Assembly: GCA_033854175.1 (NCBI GenBank)
Contig: JAWOKN010000018.1
Location: 22,039-86,038 of the forward strand
DNA: 64,000 nucleotides
Source of the DNA: Bacteroidota bacterium
GTDB lineage: Bacteria > Bacteroidota > Ignavibacteria > UBA10030 > SZUA-254
Direction of reading: 5' to 3'
Positions 18,419 to 29,388 of the stretch are shown here, one piece after another (position 1 is the first letter of the stretch; each line of letters begins with the position of its first letter). The position numbers and the translations under genes are program-made. The notes beneath the pieces were generated by a model, which saw only the letters and a program-made list of their open reading frames with translations, searched no databases and was not told the origin of the DNA.

Positions 18419-20857
18419 CTATTGCCTGATACTCGCGTTAAATACACTCGCGACCTGCTGGATGATCAACCGGACGGAATTGTCGATCTCGCCCTGGCTT
18501 AACGTGTGATCATCCGCCATGAAATATAACCTGTACGCCAGGCTCTTTTTACCCTCGCCGATCTGATCCCCGGTGTAGATATCGAACAAGTCAGCCGATC
18601 TCAGAAATGACGCCTTCGCACGATAAAATTCCTCCAGAACCGACTCATGCGGAACACTTTTATCAACGACAAGCGCCAGATCCCGCTCCACAACCGGAAA
18701 ACGTGGCAGCTGGGTAAATGTTTTCTCTTCCCCTTGACCTTTTAACAAGACGTCAGTCAGCAACTCGGCGAAATAGACATCCTGTTCAATCTCGAACGTA
18801 TCCAGAATCTTCTTATGCACTAAACCAATTGACCCCGCATAGCATCCTTGAATTTCAATGCGAAGGCCCGTCTGAGTTAAAGGATCGGTAGTAGAATAAG
18901 GAATAAATTTAATATTGTCAAGGGAAATCTTTCGCCCCAGCGAGTCGATTTCCCCCTTTGCATCGAAAATATCGAAATTCCGGGATTTTCTGTCCCATCC
19001 GCCTGGTTCCACACAACCTGACCACGCGAGTATGAACCTCGGCTCCTCATTGTAGGTCCCGTCGGGTGACGCACTCTCATCACGTCCGGCATGCATGTAG
19101 ACCTTCCCGAACTCAAAAAGACGTAAATCCCTTGTCCCGTGAAAAATGTTATGACGGATTACACCGAGCATCCCCGGGAGCATGCTCGTCCTCATGGCCG
19201 CCATTTCATTGCTGATCGGATTCGCGATCCGTACGATGTTCCCGCTGGCAATCATCGCGGTCGGAATATCCTGCATGCTGTTGTTGATGACTTCCCTGTA
19301 CCCACCCCCGATGAGCCATTCACGCAACGCCGCGGAAAAATCCGGTGCCTGCGGTTCGCTCTGGAGAAGAAGATTCGTTGAAGGTTTTTCGGGAATATTG
19401 TTGTAACCATGAACCCGTGCGACCTCTTCTATTAAATCTATCTCTTCCGCAATGTCCGGCCGGAACGTGGGTATCGTGCACTGAACCTTTACCGTATCCC
19501 CCTTCGACCCGCCAAGAACCTTCGGCTCAAGCATAAGCTTATTCAGAATATCCTTGATCGTTGAAACTCCAAGCGATGTACCCAGGATCTCATTCAATTT
19601 CTTCAGACGGACCACGACCCGTCGCTTTGTGATCTTCCGCTTGTACATGTCGACCACCCCGTTGAGAATCTCACCCCCGCAGATCTCTGCTATGAGCGAG
19701 GCCGCCCTGTCAAGTGCAATAAGCGTCGCATTCGGATCCGCCCCACGCTCGAATCTCTGGGACGCATCCGTGCTCAAACCGAACAACTTTGAAGTCTTCC
19801 GGATGCTCCGTGGATTAAAATATGCACTTTCAATGATAATATCCTTTGTCGAACCGCTGATTTCGGAATTTAATCCGCCCATCACACCCGCAAGTGCAAT
19901 GGCTTTGACCGGATCACAGATGAGAAGGGTATCCCGCGATAATCCCCTCTCCTTATGATCGAGGGTGACAAATTTTTCACCCTCCTTTGCCCGCCGCACA
20001 ACGATGGTTTTTTCAGATATCCTGTCATAATCGAACGCGTGAAGCGGATGCCCGAACTCCATTAATACATAATTGGTTATGTCCACGATGTTATTTACTG
20101 GTCGAATACCGATCCGTGTGAGAAGATCACGCAGCCATTTTGGCGATTCCCCTACCTTGACATTCCGTACCACCCTGGCTGAATACCGCGGACAATCGTC
20201 TGGATCCAACACTTTCACCTTCAGGACCCCGCCGATTTTAATCTTTGATGTTTTAACCTTATATGAGGGATTTTTAAGCTTTTTCCCGAAAATCGCCGCA
20301 ATCTCCCGTGCTAGACCGATATGCGACATGGCATCCGGCCTGTTCGGTGTGATGCCGATTTCAAATATCGTGTCCTCAAGCCCGAAATATCTCGCGGCGG
20401 GTGTTCCAGGAGCCGCAGCCTCGGATAGGACCAGAATCCCCTCCTTGTCCGGTCCCAACCCAAGCTCAAACTCCGAGCATATCATCCCGAACGAATCAAC
20501 ATTCCTTATTTTAGCCTGTGTGAGCGTGAACGGTTTTCCCTCCGGATCATGCTGGTCGTGTGGCACCACTGCCCCGGGAAGTCCCACAACCACACACTGA
20601 CCCGGTGATACGTTGGGTGCACCACAGATGATCTGCCTGATGCCATCCCCGGTATCGACCCCGCAAACCGTTAATCTGTCGGCAAATGGATGTTTTTCGA
20701 CTGATTGAACATGACCGATGACAAAATGTTCGTATTTCTCGCCGGGTTTCTCCACGCTTTCGACCTCAAATCCGGCCATCGTCAACTTCTCCGCCAGCGT
20801 TTTTTCGGAGATGCGGATATCAACATATTTTTTTAACCAATTGAGGGAAGTTTTCAT
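18419..20857 (-). CDS. pheT: phenylalanine--tRNA ligase beta subunit
   Basis: 812 aa with tRNA-binding, B3/B4, B5 and FDX-ACB domains; follows pheS after an 8-nt gap. Confidence 0.95.
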   Translation of the reverse strand: MKTSLNWLKKYVDIRISEKTLAEKLTMAGFEVESVEKPGEKYEHFVIGHVQSVEKHPFADRLTVCGVDTGDGIRQIICGAPNVSPGQCVVVGLPGAVVPHDQHDPEGKPFTLTQAKIRNVDSFGMICSEFELGLGPDKEGILVLSEAAAPGTPAARYFGLEDTIFEIGITPNRPDAMSHIGLAREIAAIFGKKLKNPSYKVKTSKIKIGGVLKVKVLDPDDCPRYSARVVRNVKVGESPKWLRDLLTRIGIRPVNNIVDITNYVLMEFGHPLHAFDYDRISEKTIVVRRAKEGEKFVTLDHKERGLSRDTLLICDPVKAIALAGVMGGLNSEISGSTKDIIIESAYFNPRSIRKTSKLFGLSTDASQRFERGADPNATLIALDRAASLIAEICGGEILNGVVDMYKRKITKRRVVVRLKKLNEILGTSLGVSTIKDILNKLMLEPKVLGGSKGDTVKVQCTIPTFRPDIAEEIDLIEEVARVHGYNNIPEKPSTNLLLQSEPQAPDFSAALREWLIGGGYREVINNSMQDIPTAMIASGNIVRIANPISNEMAAMRTSMLPGMLGVIRHNIFHGTRDLRLFEFGKVYMHAGRDESASPDGTYNEEPRFILAWSGCVEPGGWDRKSRNFDIFDAKGEIDSLGRKISLDNIKFIPYSTTDPLTQTGLRIEIQGCYAGSIGLVHKKILDTFEIEQDVYFAELLTDVLLKGQGEEKTFTQLPRFPVVERDLALVVDKSVPHESVLEEFYRAKASFLRSADLFDIYTGDQIGEGKKSLAYRLYFMADDHTLSQGEIDNSVRLIIQQVASVFNASIRQ

Positions 20858-20868
20858 AATACAAATGG

Positions 20869-21882
20869 TTAGGGAAATTGTTTAAGGAATCGCACATCAT
20901 TCTCGAAGAGGATCCTGATATCGTCAATCCCATGTTTCAGCATGGTTATTCTCTCTATCCCCATACCGAAGGCATATCCGGAATATTTCTCAGGGTCGTA
21001 CCCCACGGCTTTAAATACATGCGGATGAACCATGCCACAACCCAGGATCTCCAGCCAGCCTGTCTGTTTGCACACCCGGCACCCCCTGCCGGAGCACAGG
21101 AAGCAGGTGATATCCATTTCCGCACTCGGCTCTGTGAATGGAAAGTAGCTTGCCCTGAACCTGTAGAGGATATCTTTTCCATAAAACTGACGGGCGAATG
21201 CCAGCAGCGTCGCCTTGAGATCGCTGAAAGTCACCCCCCGGTCCACATATAACCCCTCCACCTGGTGGAAGAGACAGTAGCTGCGTGCACTGATCGCCTC
21301 ATTCCGGTAAACCCGTCCCGGCATGATGACACGAACCGGCGGTTTCATGCTCTCCATAACCCTGACCTGGACCGGAGATGTGTGCGTCCGGAGAAGAATA
21401 TTCTCGTCGATAAAAAATGTATCCTGCATGTCCCGCGCGGGGTGATCGGGCGGAAAATTGAGAGCCCCGAAATTATGATAGTCATCTTCTATTTCAGGAC
21501 CTGAAGCCACCCTGAAACCCATGCCGATAAGGATTTTCTCCATGGCCTCCAGGGTCTGCGTTATAGGATGCTTGGAACCCACCCAGCGGGATCGGCCGGG
21601 AAGCGTGAGGTCAACCTGCGGCGCCTCGACGAATGGGGTGGCCTCGAGGATCTGTTTCTTCTCGTCGAATTTCTGCTGGATTACGGAACGGAGCTCATTG
21701 AGCAGTTTTCCGGCCTTCGGCCGCTCCACGGCGGGAATGGTTCTCAGAGTGTCGAAGAGCTGCGCAATGGATCCCTTCCGGGCGAGAAACCTGATGCGTA
21801 CCTGATCAAGCTCCTCACTCGTCCTGGCAGCCTGGATGGCAGCAAGGGCCTCTTCACGAATCGTGTTAGTTTCGTCTGACAT
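20869..21882 (-). CDS. pheS: phenylalanine--tRNA ligase alpha subunit
   Basis: 337 aa. Class II aaRS motifs (FRxE...GxGxGxER-like: YAFGMGIERITMLKHGIDDIR). Confidence 0.95.
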   Translation of the reverse strand: MSDETNTIREEALAAIQAARTSEELDQVRIRFLARKGSIAQLFDTLRTIPAVERPKAGKLLNELRSVIQQKFDEKKQILEATPFVEAPQVDLTLPGRSRWVGSKHPITQTLEAMEKILIGMGFRVASGPEIEDDYHNFGALNFPPDHPARDMQDTFFIDENILLRTHTSPVQVRVMESMKPPVRVIMPGRVYRNEAISARSYCLFHQVEGLYVDRGVTFSDLKATLLAFARQFYGKDILYRFRASYFPFTEPSAEMDITCFLCSGRGCRVCKQTGWLEILGCGMVHPHVFKAVGYDPEKYSGYAFGMGIERITMLKHGIDDIRILFENDVRFLKQFP

Positions 21883-21987
21883 GATGACTACCGGCAGAAA
21901 GCATGTTCTGGGATGAGATATCTGCCAAAAACCGAAGGGCGATGTGACCGTATCACCGCCCCTGCAGATTGTGAATTTACCGGACGA

Positions 21988-22335
21988 TCAGGACGCCGTA
22001 AATTTTACGATCTCCGCAAAAGCACCGGGGTTGTGTACGGCAAGATCGGCAAGTACCTTCCGGTTGATCAGGACCTCTTTCTTCCTCATGGCATCCAAGA
22101 GCTTGGAATAGGTGGTACCATGAAGCCGGGCCGCCGCATTGATGCGCGCGATCCAGAGTGATCTGAACGATCTCTTTTTCAACCGCCGGTCGCGGTAGGC
22201 GTGCTGCTCCGCCTTGTCAATGTGGTGTTTCGCGACCGTCAGGACCTTGCTTCTCGCACCCCAGTAGCCTTTGGCGCGCGCAAGGATGCGCTTGCGCCGG
22301 CGATGGGAGGCAACTTTATTCTGCGAACGTGGCAT
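21988..22335 (-). CDS. rplT: 50S ribosomal protein L20
   Basis: 115 aa. [30 protein letters not shown]... is unmistakable L20. Confidence 0.95.
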   Translation of the reverse strand: MPRSQNKVASHRRRKRILARAKGYWGARSKVLTVAKHHIDKAEQHAYRDRRLKKRSFRSLWIARINAAARLHGTTYSKLLDAMRKKEVLINRKVLADLAVHNPGAFAEIVKFTAS

Positions 22336-22408
22336 GGTTGCTCTTTTCTCCTTTCGTCATAGGTGATTGGTGATGTGAATTATCGTGCTGAACCAGCATG
22401 GGAAACCC

Positions 22409-22603
22409 TCAGATCTGCAGCAGCATCTTCATTTTATTCTGTTCCTGCGGGGATGCAAGGGTCGCCTTGCGCAAATGACGTTTCCGTTTCTGCGTTTTCG
22501 AGGAGAGAATATGGCTGCGGTACGCCTTGTGGCGTTTCAGCTTCCCCGTCCCCGTCACCCGGAACCGTTTTTTTGCGGCTGAGCTTGTCTTCATTTTCGG
22601 CAT
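22409..22603 (-). CDS. rpmI: 50S ribosomal protein L35
   Basis: 64 aa, [27 protein letters not shown]... Confidence 0.9.
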   Translation of the reverse strand: MPKMKTSSAAKKRFRVTGTGKLKRHKAYRSHILSSKTQKRKRHLRKATLASPQEQNKMKMLLQI

Positions 22604-22612
22604 AGTAGACTC

Positions 22613-23179
22613 TTATTTTGTATTTTGTTCCGTAGATTTTTGCTTGCTCTCGGTTTTTTTCTTCATTCCTTTTTCGGGCGCGAAGATCATCGCCATGCTC
22701 CTCCCCTCGAGCTTCGCCTCCTGATCAACCTTCGCAACCTCCGCCAGCTGTTCGGTCAGGCGCTGAAGAACCTGCTCACCATGCTCCTTGTAGGTGATCT
22801 CCCGGCCCTTGAAAACGACCGTCGCCTTCACCTTGTGCCCCTCCTCGAGGAATTTTCTGGCATGCCGCGCCTTGAAATTAAAGTCATGATCATCCGTGTT
22901 GGGATGGAATCTGAGCTCCTTCAACTGCGTCACATGCTGGTGCTTCCTCTGAAGCTTGTCCTTCTTCGTCTGCTCATACTTGAATTTGCCGAAATCCATT
23001 ATTTTACAGACCGGCGGCGTCGCGTTGGGAACAATTTCGATGAGATCAAGCCCCCGCTGCTGGGCGATCTTTAACCCTTCGCCCGGATTCATGATGCCAA
23101 CCTGTCCATTTTCATCAATGATCCGTACCTTCGGCGCACGGATTTCGTCATTGATGCGAACACGCTCGGATGCTTTAAT
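22613..23179 (-). CDS. infC: translation initiation factor IF-3 with a non-AUG (AUU) start
   Basis: The track ORF starts at an internal ATG (MNPGEG...). The frame is open upstream and encodes the conserved IF-3 N-terminal region (IKASERVRINDEIRAPKVRIIDENGQVGIM). It begins at an in-frame ATT placed 6 nt after an AGGAGA Shine-Dalgarno (SD) sequence that overlaps the thrS TAG stop. AUU starts are the classic autoregulatory feature of infC. Confidence 0.85.
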   Translation of the reverse strand: MKASERVRINDEIRAPKVRIIDENGQVGIMNPGEGLKIAQQRGLDLIEIVPNATPPVCKIMDFGKFKYEQTKKDKLQRKHQHVTQLKELRFHPNTDDHDFNFKARHARKFLEEGHKVKATVVFKGREITYKEHGEQVLQRLTEQLAEVAKVDQEAKLEGRSMAMIFAPEKGMKKKTESKQKSTEQNTK

Positions 23180-23189
23180 AACTGGTCTC

Positions 23190-25112
23190 CTATTGTGGAA
23201 GTGATTTTTGCTCGATTTCTTTTTTTATTTTCCCGACAAATTCGCTCACCGGCACTGCCCCGATATCCCCCTTTTTATGCTGCCGCACACTGACAGTTCG
23301 GCCCGCTTTTTCCTTCTCCCCGACAACCAGCATGTAGGGGACTTTTTTCAGCTCCCATTCGCGGACCTTGAACCCCACCTTTTCATTGCGGCCGTCGAGT
23401 TCGGCCCGCACACCGCTTCGCGAGAGGATGGCCTGAACCTCGCGGCCATAATCGGCAAAAGCGTCGGTTATCGGAAGCACGGCAACCTGAACAGGCGCCA
23501 GCCATGCCGGGAACGCCCCGGCAAAATGCTCGGTGATGATCCCGACGAATCTCTCAAACGATCCGAAGATGGCCCGGTGAATCGCCACAGGCCTTCGCCT
23601 CTCGCCGTGATCGTCAATGTATTCCAGCTCAAAACGCTCGGGAAGCATGACAAAATCAAGCTGGATCGTCGCGACCTGCCATTCGCGGCCCAGGGCATCC
23701 TCGATCTGGATGTCGATCTTCGGACCGTAAAAGGCGCCGTCCTTCGGTTTGATCTCGAAGGGGATTTTATTCTCCTCCAGCGCGGCCCGGAGGTTATCCT
23801 CCGCCTGGTCCCACAGCGCCGGATCGCCCATGCCGCCGTCGGGCTTCGTCGATAACTTGAATGTCGGCTTCAGGCCGAAGATCGAATAAAAGTGCGTCAC
23901 CAGTTCGATCAGCTGCTTGATCTCAGAAAGGATCTGGTCGGGACGGCAATAGATATGGGCGTCGTCCATCGTGATCTGCCGAACCCTGAACATACCCCCC
24001 AACGCCCCCGACACCTCATTACGGTGCAACCGCCCGATTTCGGAAAACCGCAGGGGAAGATCCTTGTAACTGCGAAGCCTGTGCCGGTAGACATAGGTGC
24101 TCTCCGGACAGTTCATCGGCTTCAGACTGTAGGTGGTCTCGTCTGCTTCAATGCAGAACATGTTTTCCTTGTAGTGCGACCAGTGGCCGGATTGTTCCCA
24201 GAGGTCCTTCTTGACCATGATCGGGGTTGAGATTTCCTGGTAATCCCGGCTGTCAAGCTCCTCGCGGAGAAATTTTTCGAGCTCCCGGAAAATGATCATC
24301 CCCTTGGGGAGCCAGAAGGGGGCGCCGGGCGAGACATCGTGGAATACAAAAAGATCCAGCTCCTTCCCCAGTTTCCGGTGGTCCCTCCTCTTCGCCTCTT
24401 CCAGCCTGAAGAGATACTGGTCGAGTTCCTTTTTCGAGGGGAACGTGATGCCGTAGATCCGCTGGAGCATCTTCCGCTTGACGTCGCCGCGCCAGTAGGC
24501 ACCGGCCACACTCAGGAGCTTGATCGCCTTGATTTTTCCCGTCGAGGGGATGTGCGGGCCGTAACAGAGATCAGTGAAATTCCCCTGATGGTAAAAGGTT
24601 ATCTCCTCCCCCTTCAGGTCATTCAACAACTCGAGCTTGTACTCGTCACCCTTCTTCCGGAAATAGGCAACCGCCTCGTCCCATGATTTCTGCTCCCGGC
24701 GGTAGGGGGTATCACGGCGAGCGAGTTCATGCATTTTCTCTTCAATGCTCATAAGATCATCCGGAGAAAGCGTATGATCGCCCATATCGATGTCGTAGTA
24801 GAACCCATGATCGATCGGGGGTCCGATACCGAACTTTGTTCCCGGGAAGAGCGACTCCACAGCTTCCGCCATGAGATGCGCGGAACTGTGCCAGTAGGCG
24901 TACTTCCCCCCGCCGTCGTCCCAGGTCAGCACCTTCAGCGTGCCGTCACGCGGCAAGGGCCTGGAGAGATCCCACACCTCACCGTTGAACTCCACGGCAA
25001 GCGCGTTGCGCGCCAGACCTTCGCTGATGCTCTTGGCAACCTCAAGCCCGGTCACGTTCGCCGGGAACTCGCGGGTGCTGCCATCGGGAAATGTTATCTT
25101 CACGGCCGGCAT
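23190..25112 (-). CDS. thrS: threonine--tRNA ligase
   Basis: 640 aa. TGS domain N-terminus (MPAVKITFPDGSTREF), editing domain, class II catalytic core and anticodon-binding domain. Confidence 0.95.
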   Translation of the reverse strand: MPAVKITFPDGSTREFPANVTGLEVAKSISEGLARNALAVEFNGEVWDLSRPLPRDGTLKVLTWDDGGGKYAYWHSSAHLMAEAVESLFPGTKFGIGPPIDHGFYYDIDMGDHTLSPDDLMSIEEKMHELARRDTPYRREQKSWDEAVAYFRKKGDEYKLELLNDLKGEEITFYHQGNFTDLCYGPHIPSTGKIKAIKLLSVAGAYWRGDVKRKMLQRIYGITFPSKKELDQYLFRLEEAKRRDHRKLGKELDLFVFHDVSPGAPFWLPKGMIIFRELEKFLREELDSRDYQEISTPIMVKKDLWEQSGHWSHYKENMFCIEADETTYSLKPMNCPESTYVYRHRLRSYKDLPLRFSEIGRLHRNEVSGALGGMFRVRQITMDDAHIYCRPDQILSEIKQLIELVTHFYSIFGLKPTFKLSTKPDGGMGDPALWDQAEDNLRAALEENKIPFEIKPKDGAFYGPKIDIQIEDALGREWQVATIQLDFVMLPERFELEYIDDHGERRRPVAIHRAIFGSFERFVGIITEHFAGAFPAWLAPVQVAVLPITDAFADYGREVQAILSRSGVRAELDGRNEKVGFKVREWELKKVPYMLVVGEKEKAGRTVSVRQHKKGDIGAVPVSEFVGKIKKEIEQKSLPQ

Positions 25113-25121
25113 GTTCTCTGC

Positions 25122-25151
25122 AGGAAATAAAAAAATCGGAGACTGTCCGAT
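25122..25151 (-). terminator. intrinsic terminator/attenuator between tRNA-Val and thrS
   Basis: Minus strand: AUCGGA-CAGUC-UCCGAU hairpin followed by UUUUUUUAUUU, ending ~10 nt before the thrS ATG. Approximate coordinates. Confidence 0.45.
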
Positions 25152-25215
25152 TTCAGAGATAATGAAATATTGTCGAGGTTGTTCACGATCGTCTGAATCT
25201 AAAACTCCTTTCTCG

Positions 25216-25289
<74 letters not shown>

Positions 25290-25306
25290 TGGTAAGGCTT
25301 CTGGCG

Positions 25307-25392
25307 TGCCGGGGACCGGAATCGAACCGGCACTCTCCTTGCGGGGAACAGGATTTTAAGTCCTGTGCGTCTACCAGTTTCGCCACCCCGGC
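25307..25392 (-). tRNA. tRNA-Leu (anticodon TAA), long variable arm
   Basis: 86 nt: GCCGGGGTGGCGAAACTGGTAGACGCACAGGACTTAAAATCCTGTTCCCCGCAAGGAGAGTGCCGGTTCGATTCCGGTCCCCGGCA. Anticodon loop CTTAAAA; class II variable arm. Confidence 0.9.
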
Positions 25393-25458
25393 CGATGAAG
25401 GCAATGTCAAAAGTTTACAAAAAGGTTGATCCCCTGCTTCCTTTTTGAATTGCCTGAG

Positions 25459-25530
25459 AGGCGCCGGGCGGATTCGGACCGCCGCATAAAGGTTTTGCAG
25501 ACCTCTCCCTTACCACTTGGGTACGGCGCC
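25459..25530 (-). tRNA. tRNA-Cys (anticodon GCA)
   Basis: 72 nt: GGCGCCGTACCCAAGTGGTAAGGGAGAGGTCTGCAAAACCTTTATGCGGCGGTCCGAATCCGCCCGGCGCCT. Anticodon loop CTGCAAA; discriminator U as in Cys tRNAs. Confidence 0.85.
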
Positions 25531-25655
25531 AGGAACTTTTTAAAATAATGCCCCGCCATCTGTACAGACCGGATGCGGCAGGGCGCGGCATCATACTCGT
25601 GCCAGATCATGATCCTGCCGGAAAACCGGCGAGGGATCTCTCTGACATGACCTTG

Positions 25656-25730
<75 letters not shown>

Positions 25731-25741
25731 AAACGGAGAGA

Positions 25742-25770
25742 AATATAGTTAAAATTTCAAATTTGTGCAA
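25742..25770 (-). promoter_or_regulatory. sigma70-like promoter for the tRNA cluster (Gly-Cys-Leu-Val)
   Basis: Minus strand TTGCAC-N17-TATATT, with the -10 ending 13 nt before the 5' end of tRNA-Gly. Approximate coordinates. Confidence 0.45.
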
Positions 25771-25902
25771 GCATGCACGCCGCTTGCGGCGAACCAGGCC
25801 GGATGACTCCCCTTTCGACCGCTTATCCATGCATGATGCTGGTTTGCTGATTCCGGGACATTTCTGAGGCTTTTCTCCCCCGCACCGGTACCTGTTCCCC
25901 TC

Positions 25903-26394
25903 TCACCTCGTAATCTCGAGGATTGTGTACTCGAGGGTGCCCGCAGGCACAGGTATTTTCACCGTGTCACCCTGCACGCGCCCCATTAAACCCCGCCCGA
26001 GCGGGGAGGTCACCGAGATCTTGTTTTTTTCGAAATCCGCCTCTTCCGGTGATACGAGAAGATAATGAACGATTTCCATCGACCTGGTATCCTGCAATTT
26101 TACCTTCGTGAGGATGTAAACTTTGTCGTTGGGGAGTTCCTTGCTTTCGATGATCCGTGCCCGGGAAAGTGTCTGTTCCAGTTTGGCGATCCGCAATTCA
26201 AGATGCTGCTGCTCCTCCTTGGCAGCGTCGTACTCGGCATTTTCCGACAAATCACCATGACTCCGGGCTTCGCTGATCTTCTGCGCGATCTCCGCACGCC
26301 CGTTCAACTTGAGCTGATGGAGCTCGTGCTCGAGTTCCACCAGACGCTCTCTGGTCAAATAGACAACGCCGTTATTTTTGTTATTCTCTGTCAT
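25903..26394 (-). CDS. greA: transcription elongation factor GreA
   Basis: 163 aa. N-terminal coiled-coil with acidic tip (HGDLSENAEYDAAKEEQ) and C-terminal FKBP-like domain. Confidence 0.95.
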   Translation of the reverse strand: MTENNKNNGVVYLTRERLVELEHELHQLKLNGRAEIAQKISEARSHGDLSENAEYDAAKEEQQHLELRIAKLEQTLSRARIIESKELPNDKVYILTKVKLQDTRSMEIVHYLLVSPEEADFEKNKISVTSPLGRGLMGRVQGDTVKIPVPAGTLEYTILEITR

Positions 26395-26448
26395 ACCAAT
26401 CTCGCCCTAAAATTTTCTCCATTCTGCATCCGGGGACGGTTCCTTGAG

Positions 26449-26484
26449 TGAAAAATAAAAGCCATCACCCCATGCAGTGATGGC
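26449..26484 (-). terminator. rho-independent terminator downstream of ribBA
   Basis: Minus strand GCCAUCAC-UGCAUGGG-GUGAUGGC (8-bp stem) followed by UUUUAUUUUU, ~60 nt after the ribBA stop. Approximate coordinates. Confidence 0.6.
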
Positions 26485-26547
26485 CGTCAGAGTATCTCTT
26501 GTTCTAATCTACATCCTGGGAAGTACAAATGCAAGTGAAAAATTGAA

Positions 26548-27774
26548 CTATTTTTTCCTGTCAATGAGGATGAGATGCCCGAGCTTATCCCGTTTTGTTT
26601 TGAGGTATTTCTCGTTCAGGGGATGAGATTCCACTTCAAGGGGCACGCGCTCAACGATATCGAGCCCGTATCCGTGCAAACCGACCACTTTTTTGGGGTT
26701 ATTCGTCATAAGCCGGATTTTCCCCACACCGAGATCCCGGAGGATCTGCGCACCGATACCATAATCGCGTAAATCGGGCCGGAACCCGAGCTTCTCGTTT
26801 GCCTCGACCGTATCCAGCCCGTCATCCTGCAACTTGTAGGCTTTTAATTTATTCGAGAGCCCGATCCCCCTCCCCTCCTGCCGCATGTAGACGACTACAC
26901 CCTGACCGGCCGCTTCCACCATTTTCATGGCCGCAATCAGCTGGTCGTTGCAGTCGCAGCGGAGCGAACCGAAGACATCCCCCGTCAGACATTCCGAATG
27001 GACACGGACCAGCACAGGCTTCTCCGGGTGAATCTCCCCCTTGACCAGCGCAATATGTTCCTTGTTGTCGGTGTCACTTTTGTAAACGTGGATCATGAAC
27101 TTGCCGTACTTCGTCGGCAGTGAGGTCGAAACGATCCTTTTGACGAGTTTCTCCCGCTCCATCCGGTACTGTATGAGATCCTTGACCGAGATCATGCTCA
27201 GCTTGAACCGCTTCGCGATGTCAAGAAGGGATTCTCCCCGGGCCATTGAACCATCCTCGTTCATAATTTCACAGATCACCCCGGCGGGATACAAACCGGC
27301 CAGAGTACACAAATCGACGACGGCCTCGGTGTGCCCCGCACGCCGCAGGACACCTCCTGCCATCGCCCGCAACGGGAAGATGTGCCCCGGCCGCGCCAGA
27401 TCGCTCGGCTTTGTGGCCGGATCGATCAGCGCACGAACCGTCGCAGCACGGTCATATGCCGATACACCGGATGATGTCCCGTGAATGTAATCCACCGACA
27501 CCGTGAATGAGGTTTCATGCAGCGAGGTGTTGCTTTCCACCATCATGTCCAGCGCCAGATCCCTCGTCCGGTCCGCCGTCAGCGCGGCACAGATGATTCC
27601 GCGGCCGTTTTTTGACATGAAGTTGATCACATCCGGCGAGCACTTCTCCGCCGCAACCGCAAAATCACCCTCATTCTCACGATCCTCGTCATCGACGATG
27701 ATGACTGTTTTACCCTCCCGCATGTCCCGGACAGCAATCTCCACAGGGTCAAAGATGTTCTTGGGAACTGACAT
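26548..27774 (-). CDS. ribBA: bifunctional 3,4-dihydroxy-2-butanone-4-phosphate synthase / GTP cyclohydrolase II
   Basis: 408 aa. RibB N-domain ([13 protein letters not shown]) and RibA C-domain with the Zn-binding CxxC...C ([21 protein letters not shown]). Confidence 0.95.
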   Translation of the reverse strand: MSVPKNIFDPVEIAVRDMREGKTVIIVDDEDRENEGDFAVAAEKCSPDVINFMSKNGRGIICAALTADRTRDLALDMMVESNTSLHETSFTVSVDYIHGTSSGVSAYDRAATVRALIDPATKPSDLARPGHIFPLRAMAGGVLRRAGHTEAVVDLCTLAGLYPAGVICEIMNEDGSMARGESLLDIAKRFKLSMISVKDLIQYRMEREKLVKRIVSTSLPTKYGKFMIHVYKSDTDNKEHIALVKGEIHPEKPVLVRVHSECLTGDVFGSLRCDCNDQLIAAMKMVEAAGQGVVVYMRQEGRGIGLSNKLKAYKLQDDGLDTVEANEKLGFRPDLRDYGIGAQILRDLGVGKIRLMTNNPKKVVGLHGYGLDIVERVPLEVESHPLNEKYLKTKRDKLGHLILIDRKK

Positions 27775-27788
27775 GGCCCCTCCGGATC

Positions 27789-28136
27789 CTAACTTGTTTT
27801 TCCTACACTGGTTTCCGCAGTCGGTCTGATGATCGCCGAAATGGCCGCGCGTTCATATTTCAGCTTGACGTTGTCAGCCACCTGCACCAGCACGGTCTTA
27901 TCCTCGACGCCGACAACCGTCCCGTGCAATCCGCCAACGATGATCTTGTCCCCCTTCTGCACACTGTCGAGCATCTTCTGCCGTTCCTTCTGGGACTTTT
28001 GCTGGGGCCGCAGAATCATAAAATAAAATATCAGGATGATCAGCGCGAACATGATGATCGTACTGAACATTCCCCCGCCGTTTCCCCCCTGGGGGGCCAT
28101 GCCGATGATGTAATGCATTGTCAAGAAAACCTCCAT
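27789..28136 (-). CDS. yajC: preprotein translocase subunit YajC
   Basis: Single TM helix plus the conserved ILRPQQK...[15 protein letters not shown] core. The track ORF (to 28208) overlaps tgt; the start was moved to the first ATG after the tgt stop (MEVFLTMHY...), which gives a typical ~115-aa YajC. Confidence 0.8.
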   Translation of the reverse strand: MEVFLTMHYIIGMAPQGGNGGGMFSTIIMFALIILIFYFMILRPQQKSQKERQKMLDSVQKGDKIIVGGLHGTVVGVEDKTVLVQVADNVKLKYERAAISAIIRPTAETSVGKTS

Positions 28137-28143
28137 GGTGATG

Positions 28144-29280
28144 TTATGATGAAAAGATAGCTTCCTCTTGCCGCAACGCTGCAAGACATTCCTGTTTCCA
28201 CACTTCAAAGGTGCCGCGGGTGATGCTCTCCCGCGCGCCCGCCATCAATGCCTGGTAATATGCCAGGTTGTGAATCGTCGCCAGCTCAAGCGCCAGAATC
28301 TCCCTGACCTGAAACAGATGCCGCAGGTATGCCCGGCTGAATGATCTGCATGTGTAGCACGAGCAGCCGTCATCAACCGGTGAAAAGTCGCGCCTGTATT
28401 TTGCATTCGTGATCGTTAACGGGCCGTGGCGGGTGAACAGCATCGCGTTCCTCCCGTTCCGCGTGGGCAGCACGCAATCAAACATGTCCACTCCCCTGGC
28501 AATCGCCTCAAGCAGGTTTTCGGGGGTACCGACACCCATCAGATACCGCGGCCGGTCCACGGGCAGTATCCCCGTGCAGACGGAGACCATGTCGTACATC
28601 CGCTCCACAGGCTCTCCCACCGCCAGACCCCCGATCGCATATCCGTCAAAATTCAACTCGCACAACGCCTTTGCGGAATATTCCCGTATGTCAGGATAAA
28701 TGCTTCCCTGCACGATCCCGAAAAGACCCTGCCGGTGTGCATAGAGCTCACGGCCTGACCTGGCATGACCCAGACACCGCTCAGCCCACCGCAGTGTCAG
28801 AGCATTCGATGACGCCGCGTAATCCCTTTCACACGGATACGGTGCACACTCGTCCAAGACCATCATGATGTCGGAACCTATCGCACGCTGGATGTCAATG
28901 ACAAGCTCGGGCGTAAATAAATGCACAGAGCCGTCAAGATGGGATTTGAACCGGACCCCGTCATCCTCGATTTTCCGGAGCTCCGACAGGCTGAACACCT
29001 GATACCCGCCGCTATCGGTGAGTATCGGCCTTTCCCAACCGATGAATTTATGCAAACCACCGATATCCTGCAAAATCCCGATGCCGGGCCGGAGATAGAG
29101 GTGATAGGTGTTCGAGAGCACGATTTCCGCCCCAATATCGACCAGTTCACGCTGCTGAATGGCCTTTACGGACCCTTGCGTCCCGACGGGCATGAAGACG
29201 GGCGTCTGGAATGACCCGTGATCGGTATGCATGACACCCCGGCGGGCATCCCCGTCGGTATGGATCAGTTCAAAGTTCAT
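28144..29280 (-). CDS. tgt: queuine tRNA-ribosyltransferase
   Basis: 378 aa. TIM-barrel TGT with the Zn site CxCxxC...H (CSCYTCRSFSRAYLRHL) and catalytic Asp motifs. Confidence 0.95.
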   Translation of the reverse strand: MNFELIHTDGDARRGVMHTDHGSFQTPVFMPVGTQGSVKAIQQRELVDIGAEIVLSNTYHLYLRPGIGILQDIGGLHKFIGWERPILTDSGGYQVFSLSELRKIEDDGVRFKSHLDGSVHLFTPELVIDIQRAIGSDIMMVLDECAPYPCERDYAASSNALTLRWAERCLGHARSGRELYAHRQGLFGIVQGSIYPDIREYSAKALCELNFDGYAIGGLAVGEPVERMYDMVSVCTGILPVDRPRYLMGVGTPENLLEAIARGVDMFDCVLPTRNGRNAMLFTRHGPLTITNAKYRRDFSPVDDGCSCYTCRSFSRAYLRHLFQVREILALELATIHNLAYYQALMAGARESITRGTFEVWKQECLAALRQEEAIFSS

Positions 29281-29388
29281 TTTTTAAAATTAAGCATTTT
29301 CCGCAGAAAAAACAATATTCGGCGGCATAATTCTCCGAAAAATGCCGCTAGCGAAAGTGGAAGAATGACAGTGAATCATTTCCCGGAA

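Noticed and set aside
25771-25902. Hairpins (GCAAGC...GCTTGC, GCCGCTTGCGGC) after greA, as a greA terminator
   Set aside because: No U-tract is immediately 3' of the stem, and one arm overlaps the proposed tRNA promoter -35. The signal is ambiguous.
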